DNA of 64,000 bases from Macrostomum lignano (lineage: Eukaryota): NCBI GenBank assembly GCA_002269645.1, contig NIVC01000068.1:558001-622000 (forward strand), in the 5' to 3' direction. The notes below the pieces were generated by a model. It did not search any database, was not told the origin of the DNA, and was given only the letters and a program-made list of their open reading frames with translations. Numbering within the stretch: the first letter of the stretch is position 1; each line of letters begins with the position of its first letter. A program made the position numbers and the translations under genes. This document shows positions 23,901 to 36,649 of the stretch, one piece after another.

Positions 23901-26075
23901 AGGGGGGCAGCGGGTGAGAGGGGGTCAGACAGGGTCAGAGAGGGTCAGAGAGGGTGAGAGGGGGTCAGAGAGGGTGAGAGGGGGGCAAAGGGTGAGAGAG
24001 GGTCAGAGAGGGTGAGAGGGGGGCAGCGGGTGAGAGGGGGTCAGACAGGGTGAGAGAGGGTCAGAGAGGGTGAGAGGGGGTCAGAGAGGGGGCAGCAAGG
24101 GTGACAGTTTCAGAGGTCATATGGGGTGAGAAATGCTCAGAGGTGATCACTAATAATTATACTGCAATAGACATTCAGTGATGGCTAGTAATACAAGTTG
24201 CTGTATAAAACGCTACTAACTGCAGACAAAAATGCACTTATAGTACAGTTATAAAAAGTGAGCGTATCCAAGATACCCGACAGCAATACATGAAGCATAT
24301 GCAGAGACGGAAAATTTCTTGAAAAAAAGTGGAAAGAAAAGCTAACCTAACGCTGCTCTGTCAAGAAAACAAAAAGACAGACAGACAGACACTCGCAAAG
24401 AAATTGCACAGCGTCAGGAAACAGTTTTCTAACTAAAAGCAAAAAAAGCATATAATTTGAGCTGGGGCACAGATGCTGTTAAAAAAGTAATGAAGTGTTC
24501 TTAACCATAAGTGGAGCGAGCACGGAGAGTGTATATGAGTACTGCAGACAATGCACAAGCCTATATGTATATATAGAGAGTGTCAGACCACCAATTTAGG
24601 TGACCACACTTGAAAAAAAGCATGACAAAGCTTTAGTTGAATGGTGGAAACAGAACTTTTTAAAAATAAGCTTTATAATTCAGGCTGGTTTTAATGTGAA
24701 CGCAAAAACAAAATCTCTTATTACAGTGCATATTAAATCTTTAGGATAGCGTTTAGGTAGGGTTTAGGATACGGTTGAAGGTGTTAAGGTGAGTTTAGGA
24801 ATTTGGGTTTAGGATAGGATTAAGGTGACGGTTTAGGGTAGGGTTTAGGTAGGGTTTAGGATAGGATTAAGGTGACGGTTTAGGATAGAGTTTAGGGTAG
24901 GGTTTAGGATAGGATTTAGGGTAGGGTTTAGGATAGGATTTAGGGTAGGATTTTGGTGACGGTTTAGGATAGGGTTTAGGGTAGGGTTTAGGATAGCATT
25001 TAGGGTAGGGTTTAGGATAAGATTTAGGGTAGGGTTTAGGATAAGATTTAGGGTAGGGTTTAGGATAAGATTTAGGGTAGGGTTTAGGATAAGATTTAGG
25101 GTAGGGTTTAGGATAGGATTTAGGGTAGGGTTTAGGATAAGATTTAGGGTAGGGTTTAGGATAGGATTTAGGATAGGATTTAGGTGATGGTTTAGGATAG
25201 GGTTTAGAATAGGGTTCAGAGTAGGGTTTAAGGTAGGGTTTAGGTTGGGTTTAGAATATGGTTACGTCAAGCAGTAAAGTTGCAGCAGCCGATCGTTGTA
25301 AAGCATATAAATAGCATATAAATACATGCGTGTGTCTACTAATGAACAAACTAAATGCTATTTTTCTAGCTATTAACCTATATATTTCTGTAAAACCAGC
25401 CTTCAATAATTTTCTAAGAAACCGAACCAAAATTCAACCTACCTGAGAGGCCACCCGACTCAACTCGACAGCCAGATCGCCGCCCGAATTGCCAATCCCA
25501 ACAATGAGCACGCGCTTGCCTTTGAAATTGTCACCTGTGCAGTCGCGATAACTGTGCGGATGAAACACCTGGCCTTGGAAGTTCGTATCTAATCCAGCGA
25601 AGCTGGCCACGTGAGGGTTGGCATGGTGACCGACACACACTAGCACAGCGCCAAATGTCTCGGTGCGACTTACACCAGACTGATCGTCTTTCACTGTGAC
25701 AGTCCACTGTCCGGTAGAGTTGAAATCTGAGCATTTCTCCACCTTCTCAATAGTGTGACGGAACTGAATGTACTGCCTCAGATTGAACTTGTCAGCATAG
25801 TCTCTCAGGTACTGCTGCACCTGACTGTTGTGCATGAAGTTCGGATAAGACTGGCTGGGTGGAAAATCACTGATAGCCATCATCTCCTTGCTAGTGTTGA
25901 TCACAGTTGACCGCATCACGCATGCCTGTCCATCGTCTTCTTCTCGAAATCGCCACAAACCGCCAATATCGTTGGTGCGCTCGAAACAGACTGGCTGAAA
26001 TTGCTCGGCCTCTTCTAAGCAGGCTTTGATGCTGACTAGGCCGCTGACACCTGCGCCTATGATGCAGACCCGCAT
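20992..26075 (-). CDS. FMO: Flavin-containing monooxygenase (FMO5-like, C-terminal membrane anchor); exons 26075-25443, 23526-23232, 22173-21809, 21315-20992; about 538 aa
   Basis: FAD motif GAGVSG, GGLW, INTSKEMM, FxGxxxHxxxY fingerprint, NADP motif GIGNSG, VATGY, hydrophobic C-terminus; phases 0,1,0 consistent. Confidence 0.94.
21340..21760. repeat. Degenerate repeat with recurring (C)GCTACATATCGG motif, FMO intron 3
   Basis: At least 5 copies of CTACATATCGG at irregular spacing. Confidence 0.65.
22349..22632 (-). mobile_element. tRNA-derived SINE family 1
   Basis: Reverse-complement match to 7702-7970. Confidence 0.88.
22680..23180. repeat. About 21-bp minisatellite (AAATGCATCTCAGAGTGTCTC), FMO intron 2
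   Basis: About 24 tandem units. Confidence 0.94.
23600..24100. repeat. G/A-rich degenerate minisatellite (AGAGGGTGAGAGGGGGTCAG), FMO intron 1
   Basis: Tandem units visible. Confidence 0.88.
24745..25260. repeat. 24-bp telomere-like minisatellite (TTAGGGTAGGGTTTAGGATAAGAT), FMO intron 1
   Basis: About 20 units, most containing TTAGGG. Confidence 0.92.
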
Positions 26076-26184
26076 GGCTCAGGCTGGGGCAGAATAATTA
26101 ACATATAAATAACTTGAGTTAAGTCATGACTTCACCCGATGTTTCTCATGTGATGCTTGGCCTACCAACGACAGATTCTAACCT

Positions 26185-26900
26185 GTGAGCATTGGCTTCT
26201 CAGAAATTCCCCATAACGAGTATTGGCATCTCAGAAATTCTTCTCATGAGTATTGGCATCTCAGAAATTCTTCTCATGAGTATTGGCTTCTCAGAAATTC
26301 TTCTCATGAGTATTGGCTTCTCAGAAATTCCCGATAATGAGTATTGGCATCTCAGAGATTCTTCTCATGAGTATTGGCCTCTCAGACATTCCCCATAATG
26401 AGTATTAGCTTCTCAGAGATTCCCCTCATGAGTATTGGCATCTCAGAGATTCTTCTCATGAGTATTGGCATCTCAGAAATTCTTCTCATGAGTATTGGCT
26501 TCTCAGAAATTCCCCATAAAGAGTATTGGAATCTCAGAGATTCCCCATAATGAGTATTGGCTTCTCAGAAATTCTTCTCGTGAGTATTGGCATCTCAGAA
26601 ATTCTCCTCATGAGTATTGGCTTCTCAGAAATTCCCCATAAAGAGTATTGGAATCTCAGAGATTCTTCTCATGAGTATTGGCATCTCAGAAATTCTCCTC
26701 ATGAGTATTGGCATCTTAGAAATTCTTCTCATGAGTATTGGCAACTCAGAAATTCCCCTCATAAGAAATGGCCTTTTAAAAATTCCCCTCATGAGCGTTG
26801 GCATCTCAGAAATCCCCCATAATGAGCATTGGCCTCTCAGAAATTAACCTCATGAGTATTTGCTTCTCAGAAATTCCCCTCATGGGAATTGGCTTCTTCT
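26185..26900. repeat. About 30-bp minisatellite (ATGAGTATTGGCATCTCAGAAATTCTTCTC)
   Basis: About 23 units upstream of the FMO ATG. Confidence 0.94.
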
Positions 26901-27049
26901 AGAATCACACCATTTGCTAATTCTCGAGAGTCTTAAGCCCTTAGTTTATAAACTAGCTAGATATAAGTCAATAATTACTTTAATGTCATCACCTTTTAAA
27001 GTATTTATAGCTTATATTTACCATTAACTGACCTATGATAAGAAAACTA

Positions 27050-27228
27050 TCATACTTGGGCGCAACCTAGGGATTCACCCGGCTGTTTCTATTGGCAACA
27101 CACACATTTAAGTCGCTATTGGACGGAATAGTAGTCACGTGACTGCTCTCAGCCAATAGCGACTTACTCGTACATGTGTGTGTTGCCAATAGAAACGGCG
27201 AGTGATTCCCAAGGTTGCGCATGTATGA
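27050..27228. promoter_or_regulatory. About 180-bp imperfect palindrome with central E-box (AGTCACGTGACT) and two CCAAT boxes per arm
   Basis: Arms 27060-27122 and 27153-27220 are reverse complements; centre 27133-27144; regulatory role is inference. Confidence 0.55.
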
Positions 27229-28545
27229 AAACTATTAAACTGCAGAATAGCCTAGAGACCCGCAGCCGAATTTTTTAAGAGCTACAGGTACATACAGTTG
27301 ATATTTAAATCTGCGCAGTTCTTTCATCAAACTTATTTTCATTTTCCTTTCTAATTAATTTACGTACAAGTTGAAGCAGAGCTGAAGGGAAGCTGGCATT
27401 TGTCATTCATCAGGAAGTGTAGCACAAATCATCAGGATTCCCGACCAACAATGCACTTCAGCAGTCCTCTGGTGAAGCAGAAACCTCTACTACTAATAAT
27501 ACCGCACACTAAATTGGATTTTTATGCAAAACTCTGCAAGTAATTATTTCTATGCAAATATTTATACACTTACAGAGACGGACAGACTAAGGTCGGTGTT
27601 ATTCAAGGCGATTGTGGGGGGGGGGGTTGAGGCGATTCTGATCAGTTTCAGATGATTCTTCGAATTTTTTGATGCAAATCTGCGAATTTTGAGGCGATTC
27701 AGAAAAGTTTAGATGATTCTGGGGAGTTTGAGGCGATTCTAGGGCGTTTAGAGGGATTTGTACTAATGTTATAAAATATATATAGTACATATTATAGCAC
27801 AGTTAATTCTGTATGTCAAAAGAAAAACCTTTATAGTTATCTTTAGTTTGCAAAGAACTACATGGAAGCACAAATAAATCTAAAAAAATAGTAACCCTAG
27901 AAATATATATCCATATGCTAAAAATGGTTAAATATACTGAAATTAAATTAGCATTTATATGAAGTAGACAAAAAAGTGACAATATTAGCATAGCATATAA
28001 GTTCTAACTAAGTAGTTAATAGATAGGAAAGGAAAGCAAGCCTATTGCATTTAAGTGCATCTAGATAATTCAATATTTTTAGTATAGTTTTCTTAAAGCC
28101 ACTTTAGATATTTTGACACTTTAAGGTATCTTTAAGACATAGGTATATAAAAAGTAAGCAGGATTCTGATCATTAATTTTAATTTTAATTAAAAGTTAAT
28201 TTTAGTATTAAAGCATTTATACTAGTTGTTACTAATTAATTGTTCTTTATTATTCATTAATTTATAACAAATTATTTTGACTATCAGTTTATTATCATAG
28301 ATTTAAGTTGTGCTAAGGGCAAAACAACAAGTATCAAAATAATATAAAATCAAACTTACAAATAAGCACGAATAAAATATTCTAAATTCTAAAATTTTAA
28401 GCTTTTATAAAATAAGCAAGAGTCTATAAGTTTGTAAAATTGGTATTAAGTACACAACAATAACAATGTTACTACTGCTATGCATGCTAAAATTGGATTA
28501 GAAAATTATATATATTAGGCCTAATTATCTATAAATATAATATAA

Positions 28546-28546
<1 letters not shown>

Positions 28547-28595
<49 letters not shown>
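28547..28595. repeat. (CA)n microsatellite
   Basis: About 24 perfect units. Confidence 0.97.
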
Positions 28596-28597
<2 letters not shown>

Positions 28598-28864
28598 TAG
28601 AGTTTTGATTTTTATAGGTAGAGATTATTTAGTATCTAATATAATGTACCATTTTGCTAGGGGTCAAATTATATTAAATTTTTAAGCTTTTTGAGATTCA
28701 ATATTTTTGACAATACAATATAAGATTTGATCAAGACTGAGCTTTTGGAGTTTCTTAATTTTGATTTGTATCTTTACTAAAATAAGCAAGTTTTTGGCAT
28801 TAATTTTTATTAAACCTTAAAAATAAATTTTCCTTGTTATTAGAATGATATGCAAGATATGAAC

Positions 28865-29965
28865 ATATAAGAGCCACCATGTCAAACAAAAAAGAGCCAC
28901 CATGTCAAACATAGAGCCACCATGCCAAACATAAAAGAGCCACCATGTCAAACATAAAAGAGCTACCATGTCAAACATAAAAGAGCCACCATGTCAGACA
29001 TAAGAGAGCCATCATGTCAAACATAAAAAGTGATCATGTCAAACATATACGTGACTCCATGTCAAACATCAAAGAGCCACCATGTCAGACATAAAAGAGC
29101 CGTCATGTCAAACATAAAAAGCCATCATGTCAAACATATACGTGACTCCATGTCAAACATAAAAGAGCCATCATGTCAAACATAAAAGAGCCACCATGTC
29201 GAACATAAGAGCCACCATGTCGAACATAGAAGAGCCACCATGTCAAACATTAAAGAGCCACCATGTCGAACATTAAAGAGCCACCATGTCAAACATAAAA
29301 CAGCCACCATTTCGAAAATTAAAGAGCTGCCATGTCAAACATTAAAGAGCCACCTTGTCAAATATTAAAGAGCCACCATTTCAAACCTAAAAGAGGCACC
29401 ATATCGAACATTAAAGAGCCACCATGTCGAACATACAAGAGCCACCATGTCAAACATAAAAGAGCCACCATGTCAAACATAAAAGAGCCACCATGTCAAA
29501 CATTAAAGAGCCACCATGTCAAACAAAATAGAGCCAACATGAAGAACATTAAAGAGCCACCATGTCGACCATTAAAAGAGCCACCATGTCGAACATACAA
29601 GAGCCACCATGTCAAACATAAAAGAGCCACCATGTCAAACATAGAAGAGCCACCATGTCAAACATTAAAGAGCCACCATTTCAAACATTAAAGAGCCACC
29701 TTGTCAAACATTAAAGAGCCACCATTTCAAACCTAGAAGAGCCACCATGTCGAACATAAAAGAGCCACCATGTAGAATATAAAAGAGCCACCATGTAGAA
29801 CATAAAAGAGAAACCATGTCAACCCGAAAAGAGCCACTATGCCTAACATAAAAGAGCCATGTCTAACATAAAAGAGCCACCATGTCAAACATGGAAGAGC
29901 CACCATGTCAAACATAAAAGAGTCACCATGTCCAACATAGAAGAGCCACCATGTCAAACATTAAA
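28865..29965. repeat. 23-bp minisatellite (ATAAAAGAGCCACCATGTCAAAC)
   Basis: About 47 diverged units. Confidence 0.95.
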
Positions 29966-30054
29966 GATATACTATTTTAAATGTAAAGGTATAAAGCGCC
30001 ATGCCAATATAAAGGAGCCACTATAAAGCTAAGGAAATTGTTGCACTAGCTACT

Positions 30055-31125
30055 TATTGTCTGGTGGATGCTTGCTATCTGAGGGATGCCTGCTATTTGG
30101 GGGATGCTTGCTATTTGGGGATGCTTGCTATTTGGGGGATGCTTGCTATCTGAGGGAGGCTTGCTATCTTGGGGATGCTTGCTATCTGGGGGATGCTTGC
30201 TATCTGGGGGATGCTTGCTATCTGGGTGATGCTTGCTATCTGGAGGATGCTTGCTATTTGGGGGATGCTTGCTATCTGGGGAATGCTTGCTATCTGGGTG
30301 ATGCTTGCTATCTGGAGGATGCTTGCTATTTGGGGGATGCTTGCTATCTGGGGGATGCTTGCTATCTGGGTGATGCTTGCTATCTGGAGGATGCTTGCTA
30401 TTTGGGGGATGCTTGCTATCTGGGGGTGCCTGCTATCTGGGGGATGCTTGCTATCTGGGGGATGCTTGCTATCTGGAGGATGCTTGCTATTTGGGGGATG
30501 CTTGCTATCTGGGGGATGTTTGCTATCTGGGGGATGCTTGCTATCTGGGGGATGCTTGCTATCTGGGCGATGCTTGCAATCTGGGGGATGCTTGCTATCT
30601 GGGGGATGCTTGCTATCTGGGGGATGCTTGCTATCTGGAGGATGCTTGCTATCTGGGGGATGTTTGCTATCTGGGGGTGCTTGCTATCGGGGGGTGCTTG
30701 CTATCTGGGGGTGCTTGCTATCTGGTGGTGCCTGCTATCTGGGGGTGCTTGCTATCTGGGGTGCTTGCTATCTGGGGGTGCCTGCTATCTGGGGGTGCCT
30801 GCTATCTGGGGGTGCTTGCTATCTGGGGGTGCTTGCTATCTGGGGGATGCTTTCTATCTAGAGGATGCTTGCTATTTGGGGGATGCTTGCTATCTGGGGA
30901 ATGCTTGCTATCTGGGTGATGCTTGCTATCTGGAGGATGCTTGCTATTTGGGGGATGCTTGCTATCTGGGGGATGCTTGCTATCTGGGTGATGCTTGCTA
31001 TCTGGAGGATGCTTGCTATTTGGGGGATGCTTGCTATCTGGGGGTGCTTGCTATCTGGGGGTGCTGCTATCTGGGGGTGCTTTCTTTCTGGGGGTGCTTG
31101 CTATCTGGGAGGAGGGGGGATGCTT
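30055..31125. repeat. 18-bp minisatellite (GATGCTTGCTATCTGGGG)
   Basis: About 60 units; source of the GDACYL/GMLAIW ORFs. Confidence 0.96.
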
Positions 31126-31155
31126 GCTGTCTTGGGATGTTTTCTTTTTGCATTG

Positions 31156-31941
31156 GGCTCATTCCATATAAGATGGACATATTTGGAAAATAGAAAAAAG
31201 TCAATATTTTTGCTTGCCATTGCCTAATTAGCCTATTTTTTTACCAAATGTTTATATTGTGCAATATATACAATCTAAGAATAAAGGAATGGTAAAATGT
31301 TGGATTAGTATGTTATCAATTGGCAAAAAGTCATTTTTGTAAAAATTTGGACATTTTTCGAAGCAAAAGATATCATTAAGATTTTGTACCTTTTAAAAAC
31401 AAAAAGAAAGCTTTTGAAGGTTGAAACAAACTATAGATAAAAGTATAGTACTTGCATCATCAGATAAAAGCATTGGTGACCAAATAATCTATTATATTTT
31501 TAATGTATTAGTACCTCAAAGTTACTGAATTGACAGAAAAAAATATGTTACGACCATAATGTTACGACCATAAGGCTGCCTTTTCTTTTGTATCTTTGTT
31601 GCCTTTTGAGTTTATATATTCTAATAAAAGAGTATGATTTCTAAAGATGTTCTTAGTCAAATTTTAAAAATGTATTGCAAAATATCAAAAATGAAAAATG
31701 TTATAAGACTTTTACCTTTTAGTTTCTATATGTCAAAAATCTTGTCGTTACGACCATAAGTGTCATTTAAGGTTTAATAGCATCTATACTAATGATGATA
31801 TCTATATGAAACTCTATAAATATATTCTAGACAAAATAATCTTTCATTTAAAATATTGGTTTAGTATATTCTATTATTAGATTTCATTTCATAAGTAAAA
31901 ATAACCTGTCATGTTACGACCATGCTTATATGGAATGAGCC
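31156..31941. mobile_element. Non-autonomous TIR element (MITE), 17-bp TIR GGCTCATTCCATATAAG, 4-bp TSD ATTG
   Basis: TIRs at 31156-31172 and 31925-31941; ATTG at 31152-31155 and 31942-31945; internal GTTACGACCAT repeats. Confidence 0.8.
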
Positions 31942-32049
31942 ATTGCGCTTCATTTGAGCAGTTTTTCTGTTGTCTTTGTGAAGACTCTATTTGGCGGTTT
32001 TTTTTACTTGTAGAGAACAGAAGTTCTATCTAGATGTCCCCCATCGGGG

Positions 32050-33055
32050 GGCAAAGATTGCTAGTATCTCAGCTAAATGTATACCAGTATATGCCAAAAA
32101 CAAAAAATTTCCCTAAAATATATGCCAAAAATTCCTTCTAAAAAAGGTCATTCGGTTTTCACAAGTAGAGTTTCCTAAGATTAGAAAGACTTTTGTACAA
32201 AAAGTCTTTTTAAAATATTACAAATATTTTTATTTTAAACAAACTTAAATTAAACCTATAGAAATAATAATGCAAAATCTACATTTTTAGCAATAAATTT
32301 ATAATAATTAATTTTTTTATTGTTAATTTTAAAGAAGCAAAAAATTTATCACTGACTTACAAGACTATAAAAATTTCCCTTTATTTTACATAAAAGTGTT
32401 CATTTGAATTATAATTTTCATGCACAGCATAAATTTATTTACTAAAATAGTATGCGAAAAAACTGACATGAATTTGTGTGTTGAAATTTGTATGCCAAAA
32501 ACATTTACATGAGTTTATACACAAAATTTGTATGCTAACTTTCAAAGAGGTCATTTGTGCACCAGAATTTTCTGGCATATATGTAACCTTCCAGAGTCTG
32601 GGAAAATTCTAATATATGAATGACCCCTTTCAGAGTTGGAGTACAAATTTTGGCATACAAATTTATACAATGCAATTTTTGACATACAAATTCATGTTAA
32701 TTTTTTTATATACAAATTTTGGCCAAGCATGAAAATTGTAATATAAATTAACATTTTAATGTAAATTATAAAAAAATTAGCATAGTCTATAAAGTTAGTG
32801 ATAACTGGTTTTCTTTTTTTAAAATTAACAAGAAATAAAATTAGTAAAAAGTATTGCTAAAAATATAAATTTTGTACATCATTAATTTTATATACAAAAC
32901 CTTTCTTAGAAGACTTAACTCATGAAAACCAAATGCTTTTAAGAGAAATTTTTAGCATACATTTTAGCTAGGAATTTTTTGTTTTTTAACATAGGCCTAT
33001 ACTGGCGATTGGCATCAATTGGTATACATTTAGCTAAGATAGGATTCTTGTTCTA
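32050..33055. mobile_element. About 1-kb foldback element (long diverged inverted repeat)
   Basis: AGCTAAATGTATACCA (32071) vs TGGTATACATTTAGCT (33020); arms align by eye up to a loop at about 32573-32601. Confidence 0.75.
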
Positions 33056-33125
33056 GTTAGCACTAATACACAATTGAGACCCTGGTATAGGATATCAAAG
33101 AACAACGATTTAATGATATAGTCAT

Positions 33126-33824
33126 ACCATACTCAGGAAGGTGGCCTGCACGCAGGAATTTTCCCGCGTGCACAAGCCATGCTAAAATTTTGGCGTGCAA
33201 AGTTGGCGTGCAAATAGGGGTCTCAAGCCACGCCTAAATTTTTAGCGTACAAGTTTTTTACTTGGTGTGTAACCTTGGTGTGCAATTACAAACTGACAGT
33301 ATATTAACAAGTCAGATATAGATGTATACAGCTATATATATACAATATATAAAGTTAAACGTGAACAATTGAATTTGAATATTGATTAAACCAACTAGTT
33401 GAGGCTACAGCCTAGCCTACAGCCAGGCCTACACTCTACAGCCTACATTAAAATTAAAATATCCAATAACTTTTAAACGCTCTTATTTTGTGACTCCTGT
33501 AGACTTTTAATTTATTTGTTTCTTGAAATGTAAAGAAAAAGTTTTTGATACTCACTATGTTCTTTGTAGCGAATTTCCTTTTTTTATATAAACTTTGTTT
33601 AACGTAAGACGTAAATAGAAAATTTATTTAAAAATAGTATCTAATACGGTTAATATTCAAGTCACACGTACATGAGGCGTACATCATTTTTGATATTCAA
33701 GATTTTTGGCGTGCAACAGAAACGTCATGTTAAGGGTTTTAAAAAATTGGTATACATTGGCGTGCACCAAGGATTTTTCTATAAATTGATTCCCGCATGC
33801 ACTTGCCACCTTCCTGACTATGGT
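33126..33824. mobile_element. MITE with about 35-bp TIR (ACCATA[C/G]TCAGGAAGGTGGC) and AGTCAT TSD
   Basis: TIRs at both ends; AGTCAT at 33120-33125 and 33825-33830; subterminal TTGGCGTGCA repeats. Confidence 0.8.
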
Positions 33825-35209
33825 AGTCATTTAGATGTTAATTCTTTAATTAAAGATTTGCCCTAATGATAGTAACAGAATAACAGTGACCATATCTCTT
33901 AATATTGACTTTACTATAATTATAGATCTGCAGGCATTGCATATAAAATATTTGAGCTTTTTGTATTCATATTTTTTCAAATATTATCATAAAGAATATA
34001 TGTAGTCATATAGAGCCTAGAAGATTAAAAAAAAAATTTTACTTTTAAAAAAGAACTAGGCCTACCATAAATTATAAATACCATATTAGATTCCAGAACT
34101 ACCCCACTTGAAAATAAGAATGATGTCAGTGGGCAGGGTTTTTTTCGCCAGAGACAAGGTGCAAAATCGCACCCTCACGCCTCACCCTCCCCTCCCTATG
34201 CTCACTTTCTGGGTACAATTACAAGGCTCAGAGTACAATTTCTCTTTTTTCTTATTTAAAGGCAGTGCAAATAAGGCTTCAACGGAAAAATAGGTTATGA
34301 GACCGCACCTAAACTGCACCCACTTTTTTAATTTCAAGGTGCAATTTTAAAATTTAGGGTGTATACGCACACTGCGCACAAAAAATAAACCCAGTCAGTG
34401 ACTCAGTGGGAATGTTTTAGCAACGAAATTTTTCAGAACACGAAATAATATGTTTAAAAAATATTATTTTTTTACTTCCATCGAATAAATTTTAAAAAAT
34501 TTAGCAAACGCAAGCTAAGATAATACTCCTGACTTGCAGTAAAAAAACGCTTCCTCTCAAGAAAAATAAACATAATTGACAAAATCATATCTTAACAAGT
34601 TCTATTTTTTAATTTATTTATTAAAGTAAATGTTTTATTTAGTTAACTTTTCTTTAAAAAATCGTTTTAGAAAGAAGTAAAAAAGCGTTTTGCTAGCCAA
34701 AACAAATTTCCTTACTTTTATTTTGTTTTACTACCAAATTACCCAACTGTTAAGAAGCAGTTAAAGTTCTTTTGTGCCCTCAGTTCTTGTAACAAAATAA
34801 TCAGAACACTAGGTTCGGAATCTCGTGAAATCTATAGTTTCTGGTCAGAGTTTTTTAATCAGAATATGCCACTAAAATCTGAGTAATTCCGAGTATATGT
34901 TTTCAAAAAGGGCCTGTCGTCAACAAGCTTATAAATTGGAGCCCGAGTAACCTATATGTACACAAATAAAACGTCATTCGGCTCACAGAGTCACAGTGAC
35001 ACTAGGAAGCAGGGTTTGGCAAAAACGCGACGAATATTAGACTTGTAAATGAATATTATGTAAACTTAAGCTCATAAATGAGTCCCTTATTACCCCCCTT
35101 GCTTGTTCTCCCCTATCCCAAGTCCAATTTTTGTCGATGTACATATGTATTTAGTATAGGAGACTCATTATTTCTCGAGCAATATAAAAAGTTAAAAAAA
35201 AAATATTTC

Positions 35210-35570
35210 CCTCTCAGCCGATCCGGCAGGGCGGACAGTCCGCACGGTGCGGAATGCGCCCCAGGCAAGAGCCCTGCGCCGTGTGCCATGTACATGTAGT
35301 TCGTGATGCTTGGCACCAGACCGCCGAGCTAGCTAGAGTACGTAGACGAACTCTTTGCAGCGAGGCAGCAATGCCGCGCCTGCCAGTTTGTGCAGCGGCA
35401 GTTTATCGACTCCGCTGGGAGGTCCGTCGGTACGGTCTCAGCAGCACCATTGTCTTTTTGGTGTTCACGGACAGTCCAATCACAGCGGCCGCCGCCGTCA
35501 GCCGGTCTAGAAGGCGTTGAGCTCTTTCAGCTGAGCCAGACAGCAGCGCAAGAATGGAGAGTCGCTAATT
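35210..35570 (-). mobile_element. Degenerate non-LTR (RTE-like) reverse transcriptase fragment
   Basis: Minus-strand frames give LLSGSAERAQRLLDRLTAAAAVIGLSVNTKKTMVL, LPRCKEFVY and RRALAWGAFR, with stops and frameshifts. Confidence 0.65.
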
Positions 35571-36649
35571 ATCGGGGTGTTGCCTGCTTGTTCTGAGACA
35601 GAGCTCAATTGATCGAATCCGTTAGAGTCGTCTGGCAGGCCAGTGCGCAGTGCAGGCTACAGTGCAGGATCAGTACGAACTGAAATGGAGCTAGCATCTT
35701 TTTGCAGGACATTGCAATCTAGTTTGCAGAACACTGCAATCTCCCGCCAGTATATTTTCATAGAAATCCCCCGCGGGCAGAATTTGAAAGCGGGTGAACG
35801 ATGCCGTGGCTGGCAATTAAATTGCATACATGTATTTTGCAGTGGCTTTCATGCAACATTTAACATGTAAGTAGAACATTCAAGTTAAAGCCTTAACCAT
35901 CGTACACGTATAGCATGTGAGATCTCAGAGCAGAGCTGTTGCGACAGCTTCTACTCTACCAGTTGGTTTTGACAGAAAATTTACCAGAAAGTCAGCATTA
36001 AGGGGGATCATGCAGGTTCGCAAACTTACTCTGGTCGAGGCGGGAAAATGCAGTTTTTTTGTTTTCCATTTTCCATTGACAGTGGTTAATTATCGAATGC
36101 TCCGCAGTTCAGACTTTGACCTACGAGTACTTTTTCACCATTAGGCCCCTAATTGCACCAGATTCTATAGCCAAAACGATAGCTAATGCTAGACGATCAA
36201 CCCTAATGGACATAAAGACTTGTTTATCCATCAAGTGGCTTCCGTTAGGTGGGGAAACTCACCCAATACGAGCCACATGCCAAACCTTTCCTCCTAGCAA
36301 CTGCATGCTTCCCCAGTTTTTGCGCCTCCTCCACTGCATGCCAAAATGCATCAATTTAAAGAAAGCATGGAACTCGTGGAAAGCATTTTTCCACGAATCA
36401 ACAAGAGGTTTGCGTCCATTGTTGGAGTCTGTCAAACATCGCAACCAAGGACTACTTAAGTGACATAATATTCTACTGTAGTGATCCTTAACTCACAGAG
36501 GAGACAAACCCAGAGTCCTTTTGCTTTAATGTCCAGTTTGTCTCATCAAGCGACTTCGTCTCAATCTAAATGGATACGAAAGCAATACGAGTATGTGAAA
36601 TGCAACATAAAACTGCCACCCCCCAGAAAAACTACTGGGAAACTGAGAA

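Noticed and set aside
30057-31193. 378-aa GDACYL-repeat ORF
   Set aside because: 18-bp minisatellite, open in several frames, no unique domain
34126-34410. Possible small hAT MITE (CAGGGTTTTT...AAACCCAG)
   Set aside because: TIR and TSD both imperfect and ambiguous
36130-36460. piggyBac-like FGYRIWC peptide on the minus strand
   Set aside because: A single short motif with no other catalytic motifs or TIRs recognised
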